Shown here: positions 9,038-18,719 of the stretch, piece by piece
Numbering within the stretch: the first letter of the stretch is position 1
How the letters are laid out: the number at the start of each line of letters is the position of its first letter
Source of the DNA: Candidatus Kaiserbacteria bacterium
GTDB taxonomy: Bacteria; Patescibacteriota; Minisyncoccia; Phycocordibacterales; UBA2100
Assembly: GCA_023267655.1 (NCBI GenBank)
Contig: JAHFMV010000002.1
Coordinates: 7,228-71,227, forward strand
Length of the DNA stretch: 64,000 bases
Direction: 5' to 3'
Translations under genes and position numbers: made by a program
The notes under the pieces: model-generated
The model's input: only the letters and a program-made list of their open reading frames with translations
Told to the model about the DNA's origin: nothing
Databases searched by the model: none

Positions 9038-9907
9038 TTAAATCGTCCGCGCAAGAAAGATGACACCGACAAACGCGATGATGGCGCCGAGGATCTGGTG
9101 GCGGTTCAGTTTTTCGCGGCCGAAGAAATAGCCGAGGAGTGCGGCGAGCGCGATGTAACTTTCGCTGATGGAGACGGTAAGAGAAATCGGGATCAGGCTC
9201 GTGGCGAATGCATAACCGATCCAGGCGGAATTGTCGAAGATACTCTGTGCGACAATGGGGCCGGTATGTTTTTTGAGGTCCGATGCGAGCGAGCGAAGCT
9301 CGCCGCGATACACAATGTACGCACCGCACAGAACGGCGAGCATCGAGTGCGTCGCCCAGATCACGAAGAGGGGTGACATGTGCTGTGAATACGTGCCGAC
9401 ATAAAAGTTGGTAAGGGCGGAGAGAAACGCCGCACCGAATGCCCAGATGACGCCTTTTTCGAAAATGCGTCTGTGTAGGTGTAAGTGGTCGAGTTTCGAC
9501 GCGGCGGCAAGTGCGATACCAACGAAAATTATGATGAAGAGGAGAAATTGTTTAAGCGTGAGTGTTTCGCCGCCAACAAACACACCGAGCATCACTGTAA
9601 GCGGCAATTCAAATGCGATGACCGATTCGACAACTGATAGCTTCCCTTTCTCGAACGCGTGAAAGATAACGAGCGCGTAGAAAAAGATGATCAGGCTTAA
9701 GATAACGATCGATTGATAGTCCGCGCGCGTGTACGAGGCGATCTCGTGAAAGACGAATGGAAATAAGACAACGGTCGCGCCGATGCAGATAAAAAACAGC
9801 GTCTTGTATACGCCGATAATGCGCGTCGTTTTCTGTATGAAAAAATCCCCGAATCCCCAGCCGACGAGCGCGATAAACGCAAACAAGAGCCCCAACTGCG
9901 CATGCAT
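9038..9907 (-). CDS. DMT-superfamily (EamA-like) transporter.
   Basis: 289 aa with ten predicted TM helices in two EamA-like halves. Confidence 0.6.
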   Translation of the reverse strand: MHAQLGLLFAFIALVGWGFGDFFIQKTTRIIGVYKTLFFICIGATVVLFPFVFHEIASYTRADYQSIVILSLIIFFYALVIFHAFEKGKLSVVESVIAFELPLTVMLGVFVGGETLTLKQFLLFIIIFVGIALAAASKLDHLHLHRRIFEKGVIWAFGAAFLSALTNFYVGTYSQHMSPLFVIWATHSMLAVLCGAYIVYRGELRSLASDLKKHTGPIVAQSIFDNSAWIGYAFATSLIPISLTVSISESYIALAALLGYFFGREKLNRHQILGAIIAFVGVIFLARTI

Positions 9908-9959
9908 GCGATCATTCTAACTTGAGAAATCTTAACTTTTGCGCAATACTCACAGTCAC

Positions 9960-10031
9960 GCATCTTTAGCTCAGTGGTAGAGCGTTCCGTTCACATCGGA
10001 AAGGCCGTTGGTCCGATCCCAACAAGGTGCA
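9960..10031 (+). tRNA. tRNA-Val (anticodon CAC).
   Basis: Hand-folded: acceptor GCATCTT/AAGGTGC; D-arm GCTC-AGTGGTA-GAGC; anticodon stem TTCCG/CGGAA with loop TTCACAT; T-arm GTTGG-TCCGATC-CCAAC. A terminator hairpin CATCTGCC-CTGC-GGCAGAT-TTTCT follows. Confidence 0.8.
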
Positions 10032-10269
10032 CAAAGACAGAAACATCTGCCCTGCGGCAGATTTTCTGCTCTGTGCACGGGCGGAGCGATGTTTCGCGAG
10101 CACGCGAAACCGCGAGCCGGGGTCGCGGAAATTTTCGAGCGTAGGCGAGGAAATTATCCGTGACGCACGAGCGTGTGATATAAAGACACGCTACGGGCCG
10201 TAGTATACCGGTAGTACGCACGATTCGGGTTCGTGTAGAGTGAGTTCGAGTCACGTGTCGTTTTCAGCT

Positions 10270-10335
10270 GAAATCGCACGCGACCCCGCCTCGGCGCCAA
10301 GCGCCTCCGGCCTTGCGACGGGGCCCCAACCCCGT
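10270..10335. repeat. Copy of a 62-66-bp GC-rich palindrome-containing repeat (REP/MITE-like). The second copy is at 54291..54352.
   Basis: The reverse complement is nearly identical to 54291-54352: GTGAGACGGGGKTGGGGCCCCGTCGCAAGGCCGGAGGCGC...GGCGCCGAGGCGGGG. Confidence 0.5.
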
Positions 10336-10398
10336 CTCACTCGCCGGCCCGATCAAAAAACAAGGGCGTCGCCAAACACGCTGGCGACGCCCTTCGAC

Positions 10399-10896
10399 CT
10401 ACCGAAATCTCCACGTCCATCCTTTTGAGCGCGTAGATTCGAGGTGCGTTTTACATGCATCAAGGTCGACGATAAATACCACGTTGGGTAATGTTATCCA
10501 TCGCCGATTGTCGCTAACACCAAAAGATGCAAAAAAAGAGCCGGCTCGGTGACCTGGATATTCAGCTATGGTTGGTGGACGTGGTTTGCACTTTTCCGTG
10601 GGAATCCGTACGGTGTAATTTCCCTGTGGTACATTTTCAAGGATAATCACAGCATCTGCGTAAACATCTCGTACGTACGTCGTATTGAATCGCGTCCCAT
10701 GCATCGAATCGTGCTTGATTTCAACCTCCGTCTTAGTTCCGTGCGACACTCCCCTCAAATCAACATAGAGCGTATCAATCGTATGCGAGACCTCGACAAG
10801 CACGTACATTGCGACCATCAACCCCGTTCCAAGCGCGACACACATGCAAATGAGCATTTTCATCGTCCTGTCCATCAGACATCTCCCGAAGACCAT
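10399..10896 (-). CDS. Membrane-anchored hypothetical protein.
   Basis: 165-aa ORF with an N-terminal TM helix (MKMLICMCVALGTGLMV). A minus-strand terminator lies at 10364..10394. Confidence 0.4.
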   Translation of the reverse strand: MVFGRCLMDRTMKMLICMCVALGTGLMVAMYVLVEVSHTIDTLYVDLRGVSHGTKTEVEIKHDSMHGTRFNTTYVRDVYADAVIILENVPQGNYTVRIPTEKCKPRPPTIAEYPGHRAGSFFASFGVSDNRRWITLPNVVFIVDLDACKTHLESTRSKGWTWRFR

Positions 10897-10939
10897 TGCA
10901 CTGACGCAAGCCTAACAGAATGCTCTGTCTTCGCAATCG

Positions 10940-11410
10940 TTATTTAAGCCCAACAATCTTGTACTTCTGTGCGCCTTTGGGCGTTTGAAATGCAAATGCT
11001 TCCCCTTTCTTTTTGCCCATGAGCGCACTGCCGAGCGGCGAGAGGTGTGAGATTTTGTGCTCCTGCATGTTTGCTTCTGCGCTGCCGACGACTTCGTACG
11101 TGAGTTCTCCTTTCTCGCCAACTTTCTGGATCGTTACAAATGAGCCGAGTGACACGGCATTACCTTTGTGATGCTCGATGATGCGGGCACGGGCAAGTTG
11201 CTCTTCGATCTGGCGAATTCGATCCTCGGTCGCTGCCTGCAAATTACGCGCCTCCTCGTATTCGGCGTTTTCAGAAAGGTCGCCGAGCGAGCGGGCATAT
11301 TCGAGTTGCTCTGCTATCTCGCGCCTGCGCACGGTCTTTAAATGTTCGAGCTCCTTCGTGAGCTCGTCAAATTTCTCTTGCGAGAGATACGTATTGTCGT
11401 CTTGAATCAT
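10940..11410 (-). CDS. greA: Transcription elongation factor GreA.
   Basis: An N-terminal coiled coil plus an FKBP-like C-terminal domain; the family match is clear. Confidence 0.85.
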   Translation of the reverse strand: MIQDDNTYLSQEKFDELTKELEHLKTVRRREIAEQLEYARSLGDLSENAEYEEARNLQAATEDRIRQIEEQLARARIIEHHKGNAVSLGSFVTIQKVGEKGELTYEVVGSAEANMQEHKISHLSPLGSALMGKKKGEAFAFQTPKGAQKYKIVGLK

Positions 11411-11557
11411 ATAGGTCTAGGCCAAGCGCACGTATTGTACCTTGTATGGATTTCGGTGCAAGGGTCGCGTGTAGTGCGCGATCAAGCCACTAGCCACTAG
11501 GGTTGAGCCAATTGGGAAATGCGGAAGTGCATGTTTGAATTCCCTAGTCGCAATTGG

Positions 11558-13369
11558 CTAGTGGCTAACATACTCGGGTTTCGTGTCTCGCAGCCAGTAG
11601 AAGAAATTCGTCATTGCGGGCGCGGCGCCAGAGAGCGTCCCCGCCGGGCCTTTTTCGAGGACGACCGCAAATGCGTATTTCGGATTTTCGTACGGCCAAA
11701 AGCCGATCGCCCATGAATTCATGTTTTCGTTGTGCACGCCGATCTGCGCCGTGCCAGTCTTTCCCGCGATGTCGATGCCGTCCATGTCGAGCGCGCGTTC
11801 GGTGCGATCCGTATATTGCGAATGTACCGCCATGCGCATGCCTTCACGCACGACTTGCAAATTGGCATCGGAAATACCCACGCTCTTTGATGCGCTCGGA
11901 CCATCGGCGACAATTTGTGGCGTCATCAAGCGGCCGCCATTTGCAATCGCCGCGACATAGCGCACCACCTGCAGCGGCGTTACTTGAAATCCGTACTGCC
12001 CTATCGCCGTGTGGTACGTATCCCCGATGCGCCACGGATCGCCGTTGAAAACTTTTGCTTTCCATTCCGGAGTCGGGATCGTACCGTCGGCTTCGTTTTC
12101 CACGCGAAATCCGGTCGCAGAGCCGAGGCCAAATTTGCGCGCGTACTCGTCAATCTTAGCGATGCCGAGACCTTTTTGCGCGCCAAACCCGCCGCCGACT
12201 TCGTAGAAATACACGTCAGACGAAACCGCGATCGCGTGCCGTAAATCCATGAGGCCGTGCGCTTTCCAGTCTTTAAAAATTGAGGGGTTATTCGGATCAT
12301 ACGGATTCGGCAATTCCAACTGCCCTGACGAAAAAATCTGCGTCTCCGGCGTGATGATGCCCTCTTGCAAACCTGCAGCGGCAAAAATCGGCTTCACGAT
12401 AGATCCCGGCGCGTACACACCGGCGACCGCGCGATCAAGGAGCGGCTTTGCGGGGTTCGCGTTTGCAGCCGCGATCGCGTCGCTGTCACCATTACCAAAT
12501 GCCGCGTTATCGTATTCCGGAAAACTCACGAGCGAGAGCAACTCTCCCGTGTGCACATCCATAATCACGCCCGCGCCGCCTTGGAAGCCTTGTGACTTTG
12601 CGTGATTTGCAAGCGTCTCTTCGAGCTTCGTTTGGAGCGACGCGTCGATCGAGAGCTTGAGCGTGTCGCCATTTTTGGGCGGATCAACAATGTCTTCACG
12701 CACTAATTTCCCTCGCGCGTCTGTCTCTGACATCAAGCTCCCATTTTGACCCGCGAGAATATCGTTAAAGAAATGCTCCGCTCCCGCGACGCCCGTGTAC
12801 TCTTCGCGCCACCATTCGCCGCTCGCGTCGGCTTTGGGGTAGCGGATAAAGCCGAGGAGATGTGAGAAACCTGCAGCGCCCGTGTAGCTGCGGAGCGCAA
12901 AGGGCGTCGTCGACGACGCCACATCTTCTTGCGGTTCGTTCCATGCGAGTTCCGTGCCGCTACGATCAGTGATAATGCCGCGCGTCGCAAAGAGGACCGA
13001 GCGATCGAGGCGATTGTTGCGCGAAATGTCGGCGTAGGCTTTGCCTTTCAGTATTTGCAAATTAAACGCTTGACCGGCGTACACAAGCGCCACGAACGCG
13101 AACAAAACGCCGACAAACACAATCGCAAATGTCGAAACTGGCCGCTCGATGCGCCCTTCGAGCTGCTGCGCATTGAGGCGCGCCATGTTGCTGGAATCCA
13201 AGAAAATATCCTCCGGGTCAATCTCCCGCCCGCGCAACTGATTCTTACCCCACCATGATGCCATTGCCTTAGGGTACTTTATTTGTCTCGCTCTGCAACC
13301 GCCCGCTTGCGGTACGCAGTTGTGATGTCGCCCTAATTCACTCGCGGCACCACAAGGTATTCCTCCCAC
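11558..13369 (-). CDS. mrdA: Penicillin-binding protein 2 / peptidoglycan D,D-transpeptidase. The true start is probably MASWWGKN, near 13264.
   Basis: An N-terminal TM segment, a dimerisation domain, and a transpeptidase domain with the SIVKP (SxxK) motif. Confidence 0.8.
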   Translation of the reverse strand: MGGIPCGAASELGRHHNCVPQAGGCRARQIKYPKAMASWWGKNQLRGREIDPEDIFLDSSNMARLNAQQLEGRIERPVSTFAIVFVGVLFAFVALVYAGQAFNLQILKGKAYADISRNNRLDRSVLFATRGIITDRSGTELAWNEPQEDVASSTTPFALRSYTGAAGFSHLLGFIRYPKADASGEWWREEYTGVAGAEHFFNDILAGQNGSLMSETDARGKLVREDIVDPPKNGDTLKLSIDASLQTKLEETLANHAKSQGFQGGAGVIMDVHTGELLSLVSFPEYDNAAFGNGDSDAIAAANANPAKPLLDRAVAGVYAPGSIVKPIFAAAGLQEGIITPETQIFSSGQLELPNPYDPNNPSIFKDWKAHGLMDLRHAIAVSSDVYFYEVGGGFGAQKGLGIAKIDEYARKFGLGSATGFRVENEADGTIPTPEWKAKVFNGDPWRIGDTYHTAIGQYGFQVTPLQVVRYVAAIANGGRLMTPQIVADGPSASKSVGISDANLQVVREGMRMAVHSQYTDRTERALDMDGIDIAGKTGTAQIGVHNENMNSWAIGFWPYENPKYAFAVVLEKGPAGTLSGAAPAMTNFFYWLRDTKPEYVSH

Positions 13370-13537
13370 CCGTACGCGAACTGATCAACGGATCGAACAT
13401 AACATCTACTGCTGTATGTCTCTACGCGCGGCTATTCGCTGCGCGATGTACTCTGGGAGGAACACCTTGCGTTGCCGTCTCGTTCATTTGAAGGGGCGAC
13501 ATCACAACTGCTTCCCGTCTCGCTCCGCATGAAGCCA

Positions 13538-14545
13538 AACCCGTCAAATAGCGGTATAGGGGTATCCCCATGACACCACCTGTATACAGTGGTAGCCTGA
13601 AAGACAATGAAGCACTATCCGGTGAATGTGATCGACTTCCAAGATATGTTTCCGACCGAGAAAGCATGTGAGTCGTATCTCACCGCGGTTCGCTGGCCGG
13701 AGGGATTTGTGTGTCCGCGGTGTATGCACACGGAGAACTGGGAACTTGGCTCGAGTCTTTTGCGCTGCAAGAAATGCAGACGAGATGTGTCACTCACTGC
13801 GGGAACAATTTTCCAAGACTCGCATCTGCCGCTGCGACTGTGGTTCCAAGCGCTCTGGTATGTGGTCTGCCAGAAACAAGGCGTGAGTGCACTTGCGCTC
13901 AAGAGCATCCTCGGACTCGGCAGCTACGAGACGGCATGGACACAGCTCCACAAACTCCGTCGTGCCATGGTGAGACCGGGACGAGATCGGCTTTCCGGGA
14001 TTGTTGAAGTCGACGAAATCCTCGTTGGCGGTCTGCACAAGGGCGCGAAAGGACGCGGCACCTTCAAAAAGGCTCTGGGACTCGTGGCTGTCGAAGGAAA
14101 GGAAGAAAATATCGGTCGCATCCGACTTGCCCGCATCAAAAACGGATCACATGCCCACATCGTGCATGCGCTCAAAGACATGGTTGAACCGGGCAGCAGT
14201 ATCCGCACGGACATGTGGCAAGGATATGCAGGGCTCAAGGGTGATGGGTACCGGCATATCCGCATCGAGAGAACAGGGGGCAGGGACGAAAATCTCACAC
14301 CTCTCGTACATCGTGTCGCATCGCTCCTCAAACGCTGGCTTTTAAACACTCATCAAGGCGGTGTGCAACACACGCATCTGCCGTACTATCTCGACGAGTT
14401 CGTGTTTCGCTTCAATCGACGCACCTCCCGTTCGCGCGGTCTTCTATTCTACCGACTCGTTCAAAATGCACTTGCGATTGATCCTGTACCCGCTTCTGAG
14501 TTGGTGGCGTGAAGGAGATACCCCTATACCGGTATTTGACGGGTT
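13538..14545 (+). mobile_element. IS1595-family insertion sequence.
   Basis: Terminal inverted repeats AACCCGTCAAATAGCGGTATAGGGGTATC at 13538.. and its reverse complement ending at 14545, flanking a single transposase gene. Confidence 0.65.
13607..14512 (+). CDS. IS1595-family (ISXO2-like) DDE transposase.
   Basis: An N-terminal zinc-ribbon (CPRC...CKKC) followed by a DDE domain characteristic of IS1595. Confidence 0.75.
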   Translation: MKHYPVNVIDFQDMFPTEKACESYLTAVRWPEGFVCPRCMHTENWELGSSLLRCKKCRRDVSLTAGTIFQDSHLPLRLWFQALWYVVCQKQGVSALALKSILGLGSYETAWTQLHKLRRAMVRPGRDRLSGIVEVDEILVGGLHKGAKGRGTFKKALGLVAVEGKEENIGRIRLARIKNGSHAHIVHALKDMVEPGSSIRTDMWQGYAGLKGDGYRHIRIERTGGRDENLTPLVHRVASLLKRWLLNTHQGGVQHTHLPYYLDEFVFRFNRRTSRSRGLLFYRLVQNALAIDPVPASELVA

Positions 14546-14589
14546 CGTATAAACGGTACCTGACGCTCGTTTTCTTATCCTCAATAACG

Positions 14590-14889
14590 TCATTGCTTGA
14601 GGTTAATGAGCCTGTTTAGTGGAAATTTTCGTGTAGTAAGTTCGTCTCCCGGAACCCAAACCACGCCTATTTTACTGCCGTTCGCATCCTCTTCAATTGC
14701 TCTAAGCTCATATGCAATAGCTTCTCCGGGGTCAGTCATAACGCCGTGAGAGTTAACTCCAACAACATCGCCAACTTTCAGTTCTGCCTCCTTACCTGTT
14801 TCAAACTTTTCTATCATAATAAATGACTCATTGAGTATTGAGTGCTGCCTTGTTAATGAAAACACTATAGCATGTGAGAGTCTGACCAA
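14590..14889 (-). CDS. Hypothetical protein; the likely start is the internal MIEKFETGK.
   Basis: 99-aa ORF, with no recognisable family. Confidence 0.3.
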   Translation of the reverse strand: MVRLSHAIVFSLTRQHSILNESFIMIEKFETGKEAELKVGDVVGVNSHGVMTDPGEAIAYELRAIEEDANGSKIGVVWVPGDELTTRKFPLNRLINLKQ

Positions 14890-14928
14890 ATGGAGTCGCG
14901 AGACGACGCTGAGCGGTTGGAAAACGAT

Positions 14929-15285
14929 CTACAAAATCTGTGGGCCGAGGAGAAGTTGGCGGCGGAGGGGTTCGAGACCGAAGACAAGGACGATGGCGAT
15001 GATGGTGCACAACGGGAGGGAGTGGAATGAAAGAAACGAAAACGACGCTGGCATCCAGAGAAAATCCATGAGCATCCCCGCCGCGACGACTTCCCACGCA
15101 CGCCAGCGCGCGGCGAGTGCACAGGCAAAAATGGCCGCGAGCCACGGTGGCGCAAAGATAACGCTTGCAAACAGCGCGATATCGAGCATGACGCGGAATT
15201 TATTTGATGACATACACGAATTGCAAGGTGTCGAGATTGACCGGAAGTCGAATGAAAAGTGTTTGCGTTGCGCTCGATGAGGCAC
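14929..15285 (-). CDS. mreD: Putative MreD (rod shape-determining membrane protein); the likely start is MLDIALF, near 15189.
   Basis: A small polytopic membrane protein immediately downstream of mreB-mreC in the same orientation. Confidence 0.4.
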   Translation of the reverse strand: MPHRAQRKHFSFDFRSISTPCNSCMSSNKFRVMLDIALFASVIFAPPWLAAIFACALAARWRAWEVVAAGMLMDFLWMPASFSFLSFHSLPLCTIIAIVLVFGLEPLRRQLLLGPQIL

Positions 15286-15988
15286 TTTCGATGGAGCCGA
15301 TGACGCCCGCGGGCATGCCGCCCAGCTCGTGCGCTTTCACCACATCACCGACTGCGACTTTCGCATCACGAGGGATTTCTGCGCGTGCGTTTCCTCCGCC
15401 GCGCCCGTCGGCAGCGAAGGCAACATTTTCTGCGGTGAGCTGCACCGTATTTGATGGCGCAAATAGTTCCTTCACTGTCGCGGTGTGTGCATCTGCGTCA
15501 CTCACCATACCGATGATAAATCCGCCTGGCGAAAGCACAGCATTACCGATCGCGAGTCCGTCGCTTTTCCCTGCTTGGATTACGAATGTTCCATACGGCG
15601 AGGCACGGAATGATGAGAGGACGCGAACCGTGATACCCCCTTGGTGCACATCCGCGAGATGCGCCATGTCTTGCAGTGCGGTGTTCTCGTCTTGGAGCGA
15701 TTGGAACCGAGCCGCAGCCTCATCGCGCTGTGCAATTTCAGATTTCAATGACGCGATCTCATTGGTGAGCGACCGACGCGAGCTTAAAAAACCGCCGACA
15801 TCGAGTGTCGTCACTGTTGCCGACGCTGCACGCATGGCGACCGAGGAAACCGTCCGCACATACGAGCGCACGATGCCGCCAGAGAGTGTGTCGAAGCCGA
15901 ATGCCGCTACGGAAACGAGGAGTGCAAATAAAAGGATGCCGAAAAGCGGCACGGTTGTTTGACGACGACTAGAAAATTGTCCTCTCAT
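15200..15988 (-). CDS. mreC: Rod shape-determining protein MreC.
   Basis: An N-terminal TM segment, a coiled coil, and a beta-rich C-terminal domain. It lies between mreB and mreD. Confidence 0.75.
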   Translation of the reverse strand: MRGQFSSRRQTTVPLFGILLFALLVSVAAFGFDTLSGGIVRSYVRTVSSVAMRAASATVTTLDVGGFLSSRRSLTNEIASLKSEIAQRDEAAARFQSLQDENTALQDMAHLADVHQGGITVRVLSSFRASPYGTFVIQAGKSDGLAIGNAVLSPGGFIIGMVSDADAHTATVKELFAPSNTVQLTAENVAFAADGRGGGNARAEIPRDAKVAVGDVVKAHELGGMPAGVIGSIESASSSATQTLFIRLPVNLDTLQFVYVIK

Positions 15989-16000
15989 ATCGCAGCACGC

Positions 16001-17071
16001 TCATTCCGTGGGGACCAATTCATCTTCGTTCGTGAGAAGCGTACTGCGATACGCATCCATATTATCCAAAATAATCGCCGTTCCCCGCACAACTGCCGTC
16101 ATCGGATCCGTCGCAACAAACACCGGGACGCCAAGCGCGCTCGTGAGAAATTCCGGGATGCCACGGATAAGTGCGCCACCGCCCGCAAGATGAATGCCGC
16201 GCTGCATCACGTCGGCCAAAATTTCCGGCGGTGTGGTTTCAAGAATATCTTTCGTCTGCTCGACCAAATCATCAACGCTGTGTCCGATTGCATTCCGAAT
16301 ATCTTCGTCGGTTACCACGATTTCGCGCGGAAGTCCCGAGACGAGGTCGCGGCCGCGCACCGAAACGGCAATCGGCTCCGGCCCTCGCACGACCGCAGCA
16401 GCAGCAATTTTTAAATCTTCTGCGGTCTTGTCGCCGATCAGCACTTTGTTTTCATTGCGAACATGGCTCACGATGTCTTGGTTGAATTTATCGCCCGCAA
16501 TGCGAATGTTGCGTGCGACGACAAGACCGCCGAGCGACACGATACCGATATCGGTCGTGCCACCGCCGATGTCGATGACCATGCTGCCGACAGGCTCATG
16601 CACCGGAAGCTCAATGCCGATTGCGGCTGCCATCGGCTCGTCCACAATATGTACTTCGCGCGCGCCGGCTGCGTGCGCGGCATCACGCACGGCGCGCACT
16701 TCGACCGAGGTAATCCCTGATGGAACGCCGATGACGACGCGCGGTCCCAACATTTTCGTATGCCCTGCCTGTGCTTTATTAATTAAATATCCGAGCATCT
16801 CGCTCGTAATTTCGAAATCGGAAATCACGCCGTCAATCACCGGCTGGATTGGCACGATATGCGGCGGTGTGCGCCCGAGCATGTTTTTTGCTTCCTGTCC
16901 GACAGCAACGACTTGCCCTGTCTTTTGATTCACCGCGACAATCGACGGTTCGTTGATCACGATACCGCGCCCTTTCACATACACGAGCGTGTTGGCTGTG
17001 CCCAAATCAATTCCAATATCATTCGAGAACCACCCGAGTATCGTATCCTTCCACTTCCGAATTGTATCCAT
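16001..17071 (-). CDS. mreB: Rod shape-determining protein MreB.
   Basis: Actin-fold motifs DLGTANTLVY and DIGGGTTD, plus a C-terminal amphipathic region. Confidence 0.9.
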   Translation of the reverse strand: MDTIRKWKDTILGWFSNDIGIDLGTANTLVYVKGRGIVINEPSIVAVNQKTGQVVAVGQEAKNMLGRTPPHIVPIQPVIDGVISDFEITSEMLGYLINKAQAGHTKMLGPRVVIGVPSGITSVEVRAVRDAAHAAGAREVHIVDEPMAAAIGIELPVHEPVGSMVIDIGGGTTDIGIVSLGGLVVARNIRIAGDKFNQDIVSHVRNENKVLIGDKTAEDLKIAAAAVVRGPEPIAVSVRGRDLVSGLPREIVVTDEDIRNAIGHSVDDLVEQTKDILETTPPEILADVMQRGIHLAGGGALIRGIPEFLTSALGVPVFVATDPMTAVVRGTAIILDNMDAYRSTLLTNEDELVPTE

Positions 17072-17085
17072 GGTGATCCTGGTGG

Positions 17086-18345
17086 TTATTTTTTCGCATG
17101 CAGTTTGTCGATAATGTCGCTTTCAGCGACGAGTGTTCCCTTGCCATTCGTACGCAGCGCCATCTCGACGCCACCTGCTTCGATCGTCTTTTCGGAAACT
17201 ACGAGCCGCACCGGTATGCCAATGAGGTCGCTGTCCGCAAATTTCTCGCCGGCGCGTGCATCGCGATCATCGTAGAGAACTTCGATACCGTTTTCCTGCA
17301 GCATTTCGTATGTGCGATCTGCTTCTTTTTCAATCTCGACATTCCCGCCGGTAATCGAAACGAGATGCACATCAAACGGCGCTACTTCTTTCGGCCAGAC
17401 AATGCCTTTTTTATCCGCGAGTGCTTCCACGACCGCGCCCATGAGACGACCCGGGCCGATGCCGTAGGAGCCCATGATGACCGGCATATCTTTTCCGTCT
17501 TCGTCTTTATATTTGAGGCCGAGTGAATCCGAAAAGCGCGTGCCTAATGGAAAAATGTTGCCGACTTCGATCGCTTTCTCCTCTTTGAGTTCTGATTTCT
17601 CAATGCCGAGGTCTTTCAGCACGTCATCTTTGTAGACTTCTTTGTTCACCGCGATGCGTTTCTTTTCGTGTACATAGATGACATCCTCGCCCGCATCGCA
17701 GAGCATCTGGTATTCGTCGCTGAATTTCGAAAACGAACCACCACTCGCAAAGGTGCGGTACGTGCGATCGCCAATACCGACGCGCTTGAAGATTTTCTCG
17801 TACGCTTTCGCACATTTTTCGTAGAAGTCGCGGAACTCGGCTTCGCTTTTTGAAAACGAGTACAAATCTTTCATCACGAATTCGCGCACGCGCATGATGC
17901 CGCTTTTTGCGCGAAGCTCGTTGCGGAACTTCGTCTGAAATTGGTACACATACGCAGGGAGATCTTTGTACGACGAAATATATTCCGACATGAGCGCAGT
18001 GAGCGGTTCCTCATGCGTCGGTGCGAGACCGAGTTCGCCACCGCTCTTTAAGGCGGTCTTAAACCACACATCAATTGCTGCGTCGTCCCAGCGGTTTGTT
18101 TTCTCCCATACTTTCGGATCTTGCAACGCCGAGAGCGTGATTTCTTGTCCGCCGATCGCATTCATTTCTTCGCGGATGATCTGTTCTATTTTTTTGAAGG
18201 TTCGAAGCCCGAGTGGCAAAAAAGAATACACGCCCGCCATTTCTTTGTGAATGAACCCTGCGCGGATCAACAGTTGCGCATTCAACGACACCTCGTCCTT
18301 CGGCGCGTCTTTGCGAGTTCGGGTGAATAATTGAGATTGGCGCAT
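17086..18345 (-). CDS. proS: Prolyl-tRNA synthetase, short form lacking the INS editing domain.
   Basis: 419 aa with class II aaRS motifs and a ProRS anticodon-binding domain. It is too short to include the bacterial editing insertion. Confidence 0.85.
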   Translation of the reverse strand: MRQSQLFTRTRKDAPKDEVSLNAQLLIRAGFIHKEMAGVYSFLPLGLRTFKKIEQIIREEMNAIGGQEITLSALQDPKVWEKTNRWDDAAIDVWFKTALKSGGELGLAPTHEEPLTALMSEYISSYKDLPAYVYQFQTKFRNELRAKSGIMRVREFVMKDLYSFSKSEAEFRDFYEKCAKAYEKIFKRVGIGDRTYRTFASGGSFSKFSDEYQMLCDAGEDVIYVHEKKRIAVNKEVYKDDVLKDLGIEKSELKEEKAIEVGNIFPLGTRFSDSLGLKYKDEDGKDMPVIMGSYGIGPGRLMGAVVEALADKKGIVWPKEVAPFDVHLVSITGGNVEIEKEADRTYEMLQENGIEVLYDDRDARAGEKFADSDLIGIPVRLVVSEKTIEAGGVEMALRTNGKGTLVAESDIIDKLHAKK

Positions 18346-18669
18346 ATTTCCTGCATTGTACGCGCGTTTTGCAATTCACCAAACTTGACATCTGTATCAC
18401 GTGTGATATTGTGCATTTGGACTTATCCTCCGGTTAGCAAAGGAAAATCCGTGGACAAAGCAGAGCGCAGAGAGGCAAGCGAGGCTCTTGAGGCATTGAT
18501 TGTCATCCTAGAAAAGGTCGCGGAGAAGGAGAATTCGAGTCGAATCAGTGTAACCTTGCATTGTACGACGCGCTACGATCTCGAGGTCAGCTTATCGGCT
18601 TACGAGGATCATGGGCAGCGAGGGTTCGAAGTGGTCGAGCTGAAAGTTGTATCAAGAGATGACGATTGA
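18331..18669 (+). CDS. Small hypothetical protein, possibly starting at the GTG near 18452.
   Basis: The ORF ends just before the strong terminator GGCGGCGGCAAGCAATTGCCGCCGTTTTGTGTTT at about 18690..18722. Confidence 0.3.
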   Translation: MRLAHISCIVRAFCNSPNLTSVSRVILCIWTYPPVSKGKSVDKAERREASEALEALIVILEKVAEKENSSRISVTLHCTTRYDLEVSLSAYEDHGQRGFEVVELKVVSRDDD

Positions 18670-18719
18670 CGTAATGACGGGTGGGTTGGCGGCGGCAAGC
18701 AATTGCCGCCGTTTTGTGT

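Noticed and set aside
15204-16928. Long plus-strand ORFs (15204..15962, 16194..16928) antisense to mreC and mreB; also 27102..27743 and 30612..31166 antisense to the giant gene.
   Set aside because: These are shadow ORFs typical of GC-rich coding DNA, with biased low-complexity composition. The sense-strand genes have clear family identity.
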